A stretch of 40,887 bases of DNA from an uncultured Chromatiales bacterium (GTDB lineage Bacteria > Pseudomonadota > Gammaproteobacteria > JACKNK01 > CAYPEH01): contig CAYPEH010000007.1 in the NCBI GenBank assembly GCA_964409585.1, positions 1 through 40,887 of the forward strand, read 5' to 3'. The translations under genes were made by a program, and so were the position numbers. Under the pieces are notes generated by a model. That model was not told the DNA's origin, ran no database searches, and worked only from the letters and a program-made list of their open reading frames with translations. This document shows, piece by piece, positions 7,723 to 17,853 of the stretch (positions are counted from its first letter, which is position 1; every line of letters begins with the position of its first letter).

Positions 7723-9291
7723 ACGGTGCAATTGCCGCAGGCACTCGTCCATGGATGGCAGGCCGGCACTGCTGTCCACCGTCAGGGTGTGTGCGCGTTC
7801 CTCTTCGGACAGGGCCTCCCGGTCGGCCAGTTGCCGCTCCAGCACCGCCAGCGATGCCTCCGATGCGTCCCGGCCCAGTTCCTGCCGCGACACCACGCGA
7901 CGGCGCAGGACCGATGCCTCCGCGGTCAGTTCCATGATGACGAAGGGCACGCGCAGATCGTCCGCCAACTGCCGCATGGCGAGTCGCCGTTGCCGTTGCA
8001 GGAAGGTGGCATCCAGCACGGCGCTGCGTCCTCCGCCGATCACCTCCCTGGCCAGTTCGGCGAGGCGGGCGTAGGTGCGCTCGTCCGCCTCCGGACTGTA
8101 GATCGCCGCCTGGCTGTCGGCCAGGGCATCCAGGCCGTGCATGCGTTTGCGTTCCACGTCGGAACGCAGGCGGATGGCGCCCAGCCCCTCCACCAGTTGC
8201 TGCCCCAGGGTGCTCTTGCCGCTGCCGGAGACACCATGCAACAGGATCAGCATGGGCCGCGTGGGTTGGGTGTACCGCTCCGCCAGTTCGATATGACGTT
8301 GGTAATCGTCTTCCAGTCGTCCCTGCTCATCGTCGTTCAGTCCTTCCTGCGCGGCGCGGATACGCGCCACCTTGGCCCGGACCAGAGCGCGGTAGGCGAG
8401 ATAGAAAGGCAGCAGGGGCAGGGCGCCGTAATCGCCCGTGCGTTCCAGATAGGCATTGAGAAAACGTCTTGCCAGGTCTTCGCGTCCACGGCTGTCCAGA
8501 TCCATGACGAGAAAGGCCACTTCACTGATGAGGTCGATCCAGCGCAATCCGGGATTGAATTCGATGCCGTCGAAAATGATGATCTCATCATCCACCAGGG
8601 CGATGTTGCCCAGGTGCATATCCCCGTGGCATTCACGCACCATACCGCTGTCGCGGCGCCGGACGAAGGCCGTATGCAGGCGCCTCGATTCGGCCTGTGC
8701 CCACTGTTCCAGACGGTCCAGCCGCTGCCGCTGATCCCCGTTCGTCAGATGCGGGCGGATCTGGCGGAAATCCTCATCCACCGGCCGGTAGACCGTTTCC
8801 GGGCTGCCCCAGGAGCTGTCGCTGCCGGTGCCCGTGAGGGAGGCATGAAACTCAGCCACACGTGTGGCGATGGCATCCATGTGCCGGGGTTTCAGTCCGC
8901 CGGCGGACAATACCCGGTCGAGCAGGCAGCGTTGGGGAAACTGGCGCATCTGCACCATGTACTCGATGGCGGGTTGCCGGTTCAGTATCGGGGCATCCAC
9001 GCTTCCACCAATGGGAACCACCCTCAGGTAATAACCGGCGGCCAGGCGGCGGTTGAGGCGCACTTCCTCCTCGCAGTAGAAACGGCGTTTTTCCAGGGTG
9101 CTGAAATCGAGGAAGCCCAGATCGACGGGTTTTTTCAGTTTGTAGGCATAGGGCCCGGTCAGCAGGACAAGGGAGATATGGGTCTCCAGGACCTGGAAGC
9201 CGTCCACCGGGTGATCGAACAGCCGGGGGGCTTGCAGGGCGTGCACCAAACGGTGCAGGTGGTCGGTGGCGGGGGGCATGTACTCGCTCAT
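7702..9291 (-). CDS. Fusion protein: APH/protein-kinase-like phosphotransferase domain plus C-terminal P-loop kinase (AAA_33-like) domain, about 529 aa
   Basis: Kinase-like motifs HGDMHLGNI and FDGIEF. Walker A LLHGVSGSGKST at about residue 380. Start reassigned to the ATG at 9291 (MSEYMPP) because the ORF-track N-terminal 31 aa are encoded by the family-B MITE. The last 6 codons and stop lie in the family-A MITE. Confidence 0.8.
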   Translation of the reverse strand: MSEYMPPATDHLHRLVHALQAPRLFDHPVDGFQVLETHISLVLLTGPYAYKLKKPVDLGFLDFSTLEKRRFYCEEEVRLNRRLAAGYYLRVVPIGGSVDAPILNRQPAIEYMVQMRQFPQRCLLDRVLSAGGLKPRHMDAIATRVAEFHASLTGTGSDSSWGSPETVYRPVDEDFRQIRPHLTNGDQRQRLDRLEQWAQAESRRLHTAFVRRRDSGMVRECHGDMHLGNIALVDDEIIIFDGIEFNPGLRWIDLISEVAFLVMDLDSRGREDLARRFLNAYLERTGDYGALPLLPFYLAYRALVRAKVARIRAAQEGLNDDEQGRLEDDYQRHIELAERYTQPTRPMLILLHGVSGSGKSTLGQQLVEGLGAIRLRSDVERKRMHGLDALADSQAAIYSPEADERTYARLAELAREVIGGGRSAVLDATFLQRQRRLAMRQLADDLRVPFVIMELTAEASVLRRRVVSRQELGRDASEASLAVLERQLADREALSEEERAHTLTVDSSAGLPSMDECLRQLHRLGVCRI

Positions 9292-9300
9292 AGGTTCGGG

Positions 9301-9462
9301 ACCTGAATCCGTGGGTTCAGAGGGGATGCAGAGTGCGGGATATTGATTCGAATGGCGTAATGAAAAATCGCAGCCATACCCCACGGTCTGGTGAGATTTT
9401 TCATATAGCCAGACGGATCAAGAGCTTGCGCTATGCGCCCCGATGAACCCACGGATTCAGGT
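9301..9462. mobile_element. Family-B MITE (162 bp), ends ACCTGAATCCGTGGGTTCA / TGAACCCACGGATTCAGGT
   Basis: 19-bp perfect terminal inverted repeats. The interior is the reverse complement of the copy at 17854-18015. Confidence 0.85.
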
Positions 9463-9565
9463 CGGATACCCGGAAAGATGGCCCCCGCCACTCACGAAAG
9501 CAAGTCGGCCGTGATGGCGGGGGCCGCCCCTGTGCGTGTGACGGGAGCTGCCGTTACAATGGGCC

Positions 9566-11884
9566 ATGCCAGCCCGCAAGCGCCGCAACCGAAAGAATCG
9601 CCGGGGACGCCCCGTCCTGCGTTGGTTGCTGACCCGGCCGCTTCCCGTTCTCGCCCTCGCCCTGTTCGCCTATCTGGGTTACCAGGACTATCAGGTGCGC
9701 CATCACTTCGAGGGCAAGCGTTGGGCATTGCCGGCGCGTGTCTATGCCCGCCCCCTGGAACTGTTCAACGGCCTCGACCTGAAGGCCGGTGAGTTCGAGG
9801 CAGAACTCAAGGCCCTGGGTTATCGCCATCAGGCCAGGCCAAAGGCGCCCGGCACCTACCGGCGCAAGGGCAACAGCTTCCGCGTGGTATCCCGTGGCTT
9901 CGATTTCTGGGACGGAAGGGAGGCCCCGCGCAGTTTCGGTGCCGTTTTCCATGGCGGCCGGGTGCGGCTCACCGGCAAGGCCGAACTGGTGCGCCTGGAC
10001 CCCTTGGAGATCGGCGCCATCTACCCTTCCCACAACGAGGACCGTGTACTGGTACGGCTGGAGGATCTGCCCCCCCTGTTCATCGATGCGCTGCTGGCCA
10101 TCGAAGACCGGGATTTCCGTGACCATTTCGGCATCTCGTTGAAGGGCATCGCCCGCGCCCTGTGGGCCAACCTGCGTGCCGGCGGGGTGGTGCAGGGTGG
10201 CAGCACCCTGACCCAGCAGTTGGCCAAGAATCTGTTTCTCACCCGTGAGCGTTCCATCTGGCGCAAGCTCAACGAGGCGGTCATGGCCCTGCTGCTGGAG
10301 TGGCATTACTCCAAGGATGAAATCCTGGAAGCCTATGTCAACGAAGTGTTCCTCGGACAGCAGGGGCGCCGCGCCATCCACGGCTTTGGCCTTGCCAGCC
10401 GTTTCTATTTCGGCCGGCCGATACAGGAACTGGCGCCGGAGCACATGGCCATGCTGGTGGGCATGGTCAAGGGGCCGTCCTACTACAATCCCCGTCGGCA
10501 CCCGGAACGCGCGCTGAAGCGGCGTAATCTGGTGTTGCAGGTGCTGGGGGAGCGGGGATTGCTGTCACACAAGGCCGTGGAACGGGCACAGAAGACCGCC
10601 CTGGGCGTGGGGGCGGATGTGGGGGCGGCCAACCATTTCCCCGCCTTCCTCGATCTGGTGCGGCGGCAACTGCGCAGGGATTACCGTGACGAGGATCTGA
10701 CCTCGGAAGGACTGCGTATCTTTACCACCCTCGATCCACGGGTGCAGGGCGGTGTGGAAAAGGCCCTGTCGGGCCGCATCCTCTACCTGGAGAAACGCAA
10801 GAAGCTCCCCGGCGGCCATTTGCAGGGTGCGGTGGTGGTGACCGATCCCGGCAACGGCGAGGTGCTGGCCGTGGCCGGTGACCGCAAGCCGCGTTACGCC
10901 GGTTTCAACCGCGCTCTGGATGCCATGCGTCCGGTGGGTTCATTGATCAAGCCCGCGGTGTACCTGGCGGCTCTGGAACAGCCACAGCGCTATACTCTGG
11001 CGACCCGGCTGGATGACGGCCCCCTGCGACTGAAGGTGAAGGGCAGCGAGGGTGTCTGGGCACCGAAAAACTACGATGGCCGGTTCCATGGCCAAGTGAT
11101 GCTGGCCGATGCCCTGGTGCATTCCTACAATCCGGCCACGGTGCGTCTGGGCCTGGATGTGGGCATGGACGCGGTACACCGGACCCTTGCCAGGCTGGGT
11201 GTGGAACGGGACATGCCGTCCTATCCGTCCCTGTTCCTGGGGGCCGTGTCCATGAGCCCCCTGGAGGTGGCGCAGATGTACCAGACACTGGCCGGCGGCG
11301 GTTTCCGCACCCCTCTGCGTGCCATCCGGGCAGTCCTGACCCATGACGGTACTCCCCTCAAACGCTATCCCCTGCGTGTCGAACGCGCCTTCGACCCGAA
11401 GGCGGTGTACCTGTTGACCCATACCCTGCAACGGGTGGTGAGCGAGGGGACCGGTGCCTTCCTCTATCGCATGTTGCCAAAGGAACTGGGGGTGGCGGGC
11501 AAGACCGGAACCACGGATGACCTGCGGGACAGTTGGTTTGCGGGCTTCAGTGGGGACCGCCTTGCGGTGGTCTGGCTGGGCATGGATGATAACCGCCCGA
11601 TCAAACTGAGTGGCGGCTCCGGTGCATTGCTGGTGTGGGGCGATATCATGCGCAAACTGCGTACACAGCCACTGCAACCGGCCAGACCCGCGGGCGTTCA
11701 TCTTTTCAGGCTGAGTGAGGACGGCGGCCGGTTGGCGGGCGAGGGTTGCGCGGCCGGCCGGAGCCTGCCGTTCATCGACGGTTCCGAGCCGCCACGGGCG
11801 GCACCCTGTGGCAGCGCGGGAACCCGCCCGAACGACACAAAGTATGACGATCCATGGAAACGACTGGAGGAATTGGGTCTATGA
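9566..11884 (+). CDS. mrcB: Penicillin-binding protein 1B (bifunctional glycosyltransferase/transpeptidase)
   Basis: 772 aa. GT51 motifs EDRDF and GGSTLTQQLAKN. UB2H-like insert. Transpeptidase motifs SLIKP, SYN and KTGTT. Confidence 0.95.
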   Translation: MPARKRRNRKNRRGRPVLRWLLTRPLPVLALALFAYLGYQDYQVRHHFEGKRWALPARVYARPLELFNGLDLKAGEFEAELKALGYRHQARPKAPGTYRRKGNSFRVVSRGFDFWDGREAPRSFGAVFHGGRVRLTGKAELVRLDPLEIGAIYPSHNEDRVLVRLEDLPPLFIDALLAIEDRDFRDHFGISLKGIARALWANLRAGGVVQGGSTLTQQLAKNLFLTRERSIWRKLNEAVMALLLEWHYSKDEILEAYVNEVFLGQQGRRAIHGFGLASRFYFGRPIQELAPEHMAMLVGMVKGPSYYNPRRHPERALKRRNLVLQVLGERGLLSHKAVERAQKTALGVGADVGAANHFPAFLDLVRRQLRRDYRDEDLTSEGLRIFTTLDPRVQGGVEKALSGRILYLEKRKKLPGGHLQGAVVVTDPGNGEVLAVAGDRKPRYAGFNRALDAMRPVGSLIKPAVYLAALEQPQRYTLATRLDDGPLRLKVKGSEGVWAPKNYDGRFHGQVMLADALVHSYNPATVRLGLDVGMDAVHRTLARLGVERDMPSYPSLFLGAVSMSPLEVAQMYQTLAGGGFRTPLRAIRAVLTHDGTPLKRYPLRVERAFDPKAVYLLTHTLQRVVSEGTGAFLYRMLPKELGVAGKTGTTDDLRDSWFAGFSGDRLAVVWLGMDDNRPIKLSGGSGALLVWGDIMRKLRTQPLQPARPAGVHLFRLSEDGGRLAGEGCAAGRSLPFIDGSEPPRAAPCGSAGTRPNDTKYDDPWKRLEELGL

Positions 11885-12606
11885 ACAGGTCATCCCTGCC
11901 GTTATCCCTGGCCATCCTGGCCGTGCTGATCTCTGGATGTACCGCCAATCAGACGCGTGAGCCGGCACCAGTCGTGGAACGCAGCCGTCCGCTGGAGGCA
12001 TCCACGGCACCCGCCCTGCGCAAGCCCTGGGGCACACAGGCCGACTCATCCGGCAACGCACGACAGGACGGGCGGCCGGCGGAACAGGTCGCCCATGCCA
12101 GGCCGCTGGCAACCCCCGAACTGAAACCGGAACCGCTGCCCCCCGGGCCGGTGAAGGCGAAACCCGCCGGCGTCCGGCCGATGCCGGAGGAAGCGGGGAA
12201 AACGGACCAGCCCGTGACTACCGAGTCGGTGGTGATCAAACCGTTGCAGCAACGGACACTGCCGGCGGAGGCGGCAAACAGTCCGGCAGCCAGCCTGTTG
12301 CGCCAGGCCAACCGGCAGGTGGCCGAGGGGGACCTGGATGCCGCCGCGGCCAGCCTGGAGCGTGCCCTGCGTATCGATGTGCGCAATTCCATCGTCTGGC
12401 AGCAACTGGCGGAAGTGCGCCTGCGGCAGAACAAGCCGCGTCAGGCCGAGGCATTGGCACTCAAGTCCAACGCGCTGGCCAATGACGACAAACGCCTGGA
12501 GGCGCGCAATTGGCAGATCGTCGCCCAGGCCCTGTTGCAGCAGGGCGACAAGGAGGGAGCGCGCAAGGCGCGTGATCTGGCCATGAAACTGGCGGAGTCG
12601 ATCTGA
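11881..12606 (+). CDS. Lipoprotein with a Pro-rich linker and C-terminal TPR domain; LpoP-like candidate PBP1B activator
   Basis: Start ATG at 11881 with GGAGGA upstream; it overlaps the mrcB stop (ATGA). Lipobox LISGC. A low-complexity P/A/E-rich segment of about 110 aa. C-terminal TPR-like repeats. Confidence 0.7.
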   Translation: MNRSSLPLSLAILAVLISGCTANQTREPAPVVERSRPLEASTAPALRKPWGTQADSSGNARQDGRPAEQVAHARPLATPELKPEPLPPGPVKAKPAGVRPMPEEAGKTDQPVTTESVVIKPLQQRTLPAEAANSPAASLLRQANRQVAEGDLDAAAASLERALRIDVRNSIVWQQLAEVRLRQNKPRQAEALALKSNALANDDKRLEARNWQIVAQALLQQGDKEGARKARDLAMKLAESI

Positions 12607-12786
12607 ACCCGTGTGGGGCTTTCCGGCGGGGCCGGGAGGTTTCCAGTCATTCGATAAAGTCGAAGAAACCTCTGAACAAGTGCCGGGGGAAGGGGGTTTG
12701 GGGGAAGGGGCGCATCGACATACCCGCGAGCCATTACCGCAAGGGGACACTCATCAAGGCGCGCAGCGACCTGATCAGAGTTTCCC

Positions 12787-12820
12787 AAAGGCCCGGTGAA
12801 CACACCGGGCCTTTGCTTTT
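12787..12820. terminator. Intergenic hairpin terminator between the convergent lipoprotein gene and acs
   Basis: AAAGGCCCGGTG-AACA-CACCGGGCCTTT followed by GCTTTT on the plus strand. Confidence 0.6.
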
Positions 12821-12847
12821 GCCTATGAGCCTATCGGCCCGGGAAGG

Positions 12848-14794
12848 TTATTTGTTGGCGCGATTGGCGATCAGGTCGTCCACCACGGAGGGATCGGCCA
12901 GGGTGGAGGTGTCGCCCAGGGCGTCGATCTCGTTGGCGGCGATCTTGCGCAGGATGCGGCGCATGATCTTGCCGGAACGGGTCTTGGGCAGGCCCGGCGC
13001 CCACTGGATGATATTGACCTTGGCGATGGGGCCGATTTCGGTCCGCACCAGTTGCACCAGTTCGGCCTTCAGGTCGTCCGTTCCATCGATGCCGTGCCGC
13101 AGGGTGACATAGGCGTAGATGCCCTGGCCGGTGATTTCGTGGGGATAACCCACCACGGCCGCCTCCGCCACGTGCGGGTGCAGCACCAGCGCGGATTCGA
13201 TCTCGGCGGTGCCGAGGCGGTGGCCGGACACGTTCAACACGTCATCGACACGGCCGGTGATCCAGTAGTAGCCGTCTTCATCGCGGCGCGCGCCGTCCCC
13301 GGTGAAGTAGTAGCCCTTGTACATGGAGAAATAGGTCTGGTAGAAGCGGTCGTGGTCGCCATAGACGGTACGCATCATGGATGGCCAGGGATGCTTGATG
13401 GCCAGGTTGCCGGAGGCCGGGTTGCCCTCGACCAGATTGCCCTCGTCGTCCAGCAGCACCGGCTGCACACCGAAGAAGGGGTTGGTGGCGGAACCGGGTT
13501 TGAGCGGAGTGGCGCCGGGCAGGGGGGTCAGCATGTGCGCGCCGGTCTCGGTCTGCCACCAGGTATCCACGATGGGGCAGCGCTCTTCGCCGACCACGCG
13601 GTAGTACCATTCCCAGGCTTCCGGGTTGATGGGTTCGCCGACGGTGCCGAGCAGGCGCAGGCTGGAGCGGCTGGTGGCCTTGACCGGATCCTCGCCGACG
13701 GCCATCAGGGCGCGGATGGCGGTGGGGGCGGTGTAGAAGCTGGCTACCTGGTGTTTGTCGCAGACCTGCCAGAAGCGGCCGGCATCCGGGTAGGTGGGGA
13801 CACCCTCGAACATCAGACTGGTGGCGCCGTTGGTCAGCGGGCCATAGACGATGTAGCTGTGGCCGGTGACCCAGCCGATGTCGGCGGTGCACCAGTAGAC
13901 CTCGCCGTCCTTGTAGTCGAACACCAGTTTGTGGGTCATGGCCGCCTGAAGCAGGTAGCCGCCGGTGGTGTGCAGCACGCCCTTGGGTTTGCCGGTGGAG
14001 CCGGAAGTATAGAGGATGAACAGCGGGTCTTCGGCGTCCATCTGTTCGGGTTCACAGACCGGGTCGGCCGTCTCCATGGCCTCGTGGTACCAGACGTCAC
14101 GGCCCTCGGTCCATTCCACCGGCTGGCCGCCGCGCTGCACGACGATGGAGGTGTGGACGTTGGGGCATTGCGCCAGTGCCGCATCGGCGTTCTTTTTCAG
14201 CGGCAGCGCCTTGCCGCCGCGGATGGACTGATCGGCGGTGATCAGGCATTGGCAATCGGAGTCGAGGATACGGTCCCTCAGGGCGTCCGGGGAGAAGGCG
14301 CTGAAGACGATGGAATGTACGGCGCCGATGCGGGTACAGGCGAGCATGGCCACTACCGCCTCCGGGATCATGGGCATGTAGATGGATACCCGGTCACCCT
14401 TTTTCACGCCACGGCTCTTCAGCACGTTGGCGAACTTGTTCACGTCGGCGTGCAGTTGCCGGTAGGTGATCTTTTTGTCTTCTTCCGGGTCGTCGCCTTC
14501 CCAGAGTATGGCGGTCTGGTCGCCACGGGTTTCCAGGTGCCGGTCCAGGCAGTTGTAGGAGACGTTCAGTTTTCCGCCCTTGAACCACTCGATGTGCAGA
14601 TCGTCCTCCATAAAGCTCCAGTCGAGTACCTTGTCCCAGGGTTTGAACCAGCTGAGGTATTTATTGGCCTGTTCGCCCCAGAAACCTTCCGGGTCGTCCA
14701 CCGACTGCTGATACATCCGCTGGTACTGTTCCGCGGTGATGTTGGCCTGTGCGGCGAAATCCTCCGGTACCGGATAGACCTTGTCTTCGCTCAT
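12848..14794 (-). CDS. acs: Acetyl-CoA synthetase (AMP-forming)
   Basis: 648 aa. [14 protein letters not shown]-binding motif, WWQTETG, and C-terminal SGKIMRR with the regulated Lys. Confidence 0.97.
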   Translation of the reverse strand: MSEDKVYPVPEDFAAQANITAEQYQRMYQQSVDDPEGFWGEQANKYLSWFKPWDKVLDWSFMEDDLHIEWFKGGKLNVSYNCLDRHLETRGDQTAILWEGDDPEEDKKITYRQLHADVNKFANVLKSRGVKKGDRVSIYMPMIPEAVVAMLACTRIGAVHSIVFSAFSPDALRDRILDSDCQCLITADQSIRGGKALPLKKNADAALAQCPNVHTSIVVQRGGQPVEWTEGRDVWYHEAMETADPVCEPEQMDAEDPLFILYTSGSTGKPKGVLHTTGGYLLQAAMTHKLVFDYKDGEVYWCTADIGWVTGHSYIVYGPLTNGATSLMFEGVPTYPDAGRFWQVCDKHQVASFYTAPTAIRALMAVGEDPVKATSRSSLRLLGTVGEPINPEAWEWYYRVVGEERCPIVDTWWQTETGAHMLTPLPGATPLKPGSATNPFFGVQPVLLDDEGNLVEGNPASGNLAIKHPWPSMMRTVYGDHDRFYQTYFSMYKGYYFTGDGARRDEDGYYWITGRVDDVLNVSGHRLGTAEIESALVLHPHVAEAAVVGYPHEITGQGIYAYVTLRHGIDGTDDLKAELVQLVRTEIGPIAKVNIIQWAPGLPKTRSGKIMRRILRKIAANEIDALGDTSTLADPSVVDDLIANRANK

Positions 14795-14960
14795 TTTTTT
14801 ACACCTCGCTCAATCAATGATGGTGGTGGCGATCCGTCGGCGGCCGGGTGAATCGTCCGGGATCTTCATGATGCCTCGGCTGTCTGGATACGCTACCTGC
14901 TATGGTTGATAACTACCCCGGTGAATGCAATACGTCCGGGTGATTTACGTGTGATCCCCG

Positions 14961-15650
14961 TCAATTGGTGATGAAGTCTCCCAGTGAGCATTTCCCGTCA
15001 CGGTTCCGTTCCGCCACCATGGCCAGGAACAGTTCGGCGGTGGCCAGCGCGTCACTGAGTGCGTTGTGTGCCTTGTATCGTGGCAGATGGTATTTCGTCC
15101 GCAGATTGAACAGACGCAGGTCGGAGGGCTTGTAGACCGCGTGTGCTCGCTCCAGACGGCGCCTTGCCAGCATCTGGGTGTCGATGGTCGGGACGATGAA
15201 GGGCGCGCCATAGATGCGCTGGCAGGCCGCATCGATGAACTGCTGTTCCACGGCGGCATAGTGGGCCAGCATCACCCGTCCTTTCAGCCGTTCCAGCAGC
15301 CTGGGAAGGACTTCGTCCAGGGGCTGGCCGGCTGCCGCCTGGTCGTCGGTGATCTGATGGATGACGGCGCTTTCCTCCGGAATGTCCCGCCCGACCTGCA
15401 CGATCTGGTGCCAGGCGGTGTTCAGACGGATGCTCATCCCCTCGATATGGACCAGGCCGATGCTGACGATTACGTCCCTGGCCGGGGCCAGGCCGGTGGT
15501 CTCCAGGTCGAGGGCGACGATCCCCGCTTCCCGGCAGGAGGTGGCCGGGGAGGGGGGCGGAGTGGCCAGAAAGTCGCGCATCGGCCCCGGGCCGAGTTTC
15601 TTCAGGGCCCGGCGGCGGCGGAATTTCCGGCTGATCAGTCGTTCCAGCAT
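14961..15650 (-). CDS. DnaQ/DEDD-family 3'-5' exonuclease (DNA polymerase III epsilon-like, stand-alone)
   Basis: 229 aa. ExoI motif ALDLETTGL and C-terminal H..LSDA motif. Lies 10 nt downstream of the DUF294 gene. Confidence 0.85.
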   Translation of the reverse strand: MLERLISRKFRRRRALKKLGPGPMRDFLATPPPSPATSCREAGIVALDLETTGLAPARDVIVSIGLVHIEGMSIRLNTAWHQIVQVGRDIPEESAVIHQITDDQAAAGQPLDEVLPRLLERLKGRVMLAHYAAVEQQFIDAACQRIYGAPFIVPTIDTQMLARRRLERAHAVYKPSDLRLFNLRTKYHLPRYKAHNALSDALATAELFLAMVAERNRDGKCSLGDFITN

Positions 15651-15660
15651 GGGGGGCCAC

Positions 15661-17526
15661 TCAGGTGAAACGCCCGCCTTGGTAGCGGTTGGAGAGGGTT
15701 TCCTGCATGGTCTGGATCACCTTGAAGGCGTCCTTCAAGTGTTCGCGTTCCAGTTCGGACAGGCCATCCGGGGCCAGATAGTTGTTCGGGGCCTGACCGT
15801 TGCGGATCTGGCTGGCTTGGTGCTGAATGCGCAGGGAGGCGATGAATTCGAGGGCATCCTCCAGATTCTCACCCATCTCCCCGCTGAGTGCGCCGCACTC
15901 ACGTGCTTCACGCAGGCGTTCCGTGGTATTGACGGCGGTCAGGCCTTCAGACAGGGCATAGACGCGCGCCAGATCGGTGATGGGGACGATGCCGCGATGT
16001 TTGATATCGAAGGTGTCGTCGTGCTCTCCGCCGCTGATGAGGACGAAGGTGCGGAAGAAGCCGAGGGGCGGACGGTGCTGCAAGGCATTGGCCGCCATGA
16101 AGGCGATGAATATACGATTCTGCCGGGTCTTTTCCAGCACTTCGTGCTGCAAGCGGTTGAGCAGCCAGGTGGCGCCGCCAATGGCGCGCAGATCGAAGAA
16201 GATGCTGGAGAGCATCAATGCCTTGGGCTCGGGGCGATGGATCCAGTCGTCGAAATAGCGGCGCCAGACACTCAATGGCTGGCGCCACTGGGGATTGGTG
16301 GCCATGGCGTCGCCGGGGCAGTAATAGAAGCCGCAGGCATTGAGGCCGTCACTGACGAAGCGGGCCAGCTTTTCGAAATATTTATCATCCGCCGGGCTCA
16401 TTTCATCGTCGATGATCAGGGCGTTGTCCTGGTCGGAGTGGGATGTCTGCTCGCGGCGCGCCTGCGAGCCTCCGGCCACCCACACATACGGCACGGGCGG
16501 TGGCCCCAGCTGCTCTTCGGCCATCTCCAGCAGGCGGTTGGTGATGGAGTCGGTGATACAGGAAATGGCCTCGCCGATGTGCAGGGCGGTGGCGCTGGAA
16601 TTGGCCAGTTGCAATTGCAGTTCGGGCAGTTTTCTGCTGACCTGGGCCAGGTCCCCGATGGTCTGCGATTTGCGGATGTCGGTGGCGATGAAGGCCGAGT
16701 TCGTGGCCTGGTGACGGGCCAGGTCCGATGCCGTCAGCATGCCCACCAGATGGCCGTCCTGGACGACGGGGAGGTGGTGGACGTGCAGGCGGGTCATGGT
16801 CAGCAGCGCCTGGATCACCAGTTCCTTGTCCTCGATGGTCTCCACCTCGGTGGTCATGATGCGGCTGACCGGCTCGGTAACGGCAAGACCTTCGGCGACA
16901 CAGCGCATGCGCAGGTCACGATCCGTGATCAGACCGGCCAGCTTGCCGTCTTCCATGATCATCACCGAGGATACGCTGTTTCCGGTCATCACCCGGGCCG
17001 CCTCCTGGATGCTGGTTGCCGCGTCGATGGTGATGGCCTGTTTCCTGATCAGATCCTTGACCTCGACGGTCATGTAGGCAGCCGTGTTGTCGCCCAGCCC
17101 CTGCACCCGGCGTACGGCGAGTTGCAGGCGTTCCCGCAGGGAGGCGGAGAAGTGGCGGTTGAAGTCCTCCGACTGGCGTTTCAGTTCCTGTAGTGTTTCG
17201 CAGCCGATGAGGTAGATCAGGCTGTCCTCGGCGGCGGTTCCCCTGAGTCCCTCGGACAGGTCGACCAGTTGGCATTCGGTGGTGTAGAGATCCCCCTCAC
17301 CGAGTTTTTCCGCCAGGTTGCCGTCGCTGTTGCGCAGATCGATGCAGCCACTGCGGATGATGTAGAGATAACCGCGGGTCGTGTCCTGCGGCGGGAATGG
17401 GGATTGACGCCGGAGGTAGCGTATCTCCATGTCCCTGGGCAGTTGATCGAGGACCGCCGGCGGCAGGGAGCTGAATGGCTCACGCTGGGCCAGAAATTCA
17501 CGGATTTCGAGCAGTTCGATTTCCAT
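15661..17526 (-). CDS. cNMP-binding / tandem CBS / DUF294 putative nucleotidyltransferase
   Basis: 621 aa. N-terminal cyclic-nucleotide-binding-like fold, two CBS repeats, then a GlnD-like nucleotidyltransferase core (GGSQARREQTSHSDQDNALI) and a DUF294_C-like tail. Confidence 0.85.
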   Translation of the reverse strand: MEIELLEIREFLAQREPFSSLPPAVLDQLPRDMEIRYLRRQSPFPPQDTTRGYLYIIRSGCIDLRNSDGNLAEKLGEGDLYTTECQLVDLSEGLRGTAAEDSLIYLIGCETLQELKRQSEDFNRHFSASLRERLQLAVRRVQGLGDNTAAYMTVEVKDLIRKQAITIDAATSIQEAARVMTGNSVSSVMIMEDGKLAGLITDRDLRMRCVAEGLAVTEPVSRIMTTEVETIEDKELVIQALLTMTRLHVHHLPVVQDGHLVGMLTASDLARHQATNSAFIATDIRKSQTIGDLAQVSRKLPELQLQLANSSATALHIGEAISCITDSITNRLLEMAEEQLGPPPVPYVWVAGGSQARREQTSHSDQDNALIIDDEMSPADDKYFEKLARFVSDGLNACGFYYCPGDAMATNPQWRQPLSVWRRYFDDWIHRPEPKALMLSSIFFDLRAIGGATWLLNRLQHEVLEKTRQNRIFIAFMAANALQHRPPLGFFRTFVLISGGEHDDTFDIKHRGIVPITDLARVYALSEGLTAVNTTERLREARECGALSGEMGENLEDALEFIASLRIQHQASQIRNGQAPNNYLAPDGLSELEREHLKDAFKVIQTMQETLSNRYQGGRFT

Positions 17527-17601
17527 AGGGATTGGAAAGTTTAGAGACTAACCGCAAAGGCACACCGGGTTACGCCAAGGAAAAACCATTTTTTTATTGT
17601 G

Positions 17602-17850
17602 ACCTGAATCCTGCAAGTAGTTTGGCATTGCTCCGCACCTCCTGTGCTCCGCCCTTCGAGCCGCACTGCGTGCGTTCCCATCCGCTCCCGACGGATGGGT
17701 CGGTCGCCGAATCAGGCCCTCAAGCTGTGTTGGCCGCACCGGTTTCGTACTCGACGTAGCGCCGCTACGCCTGCGCCGCAACCGGCTTGCCGCCTTGTCC
17801 AGGGGCCTGCTCGACGCCCTCGGTACTCAAACCACTTGCAGGATTCAGGT
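17602..17850. mobile_element. Family-E MITE (249 bp), ends ACCTGAATCCTGCAAGTAGTTTG / CAAACCACTTGCAGGATTCAGGT
   Basis: 23-bp terminal inverted repeat sharing its outermost ACCTGAATCC with family B. The interior (17647-17702) carries the YTCCCGA-loop hairpin motif. Confidence 0.75.
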
Positions 17851-17853
17851 TGA

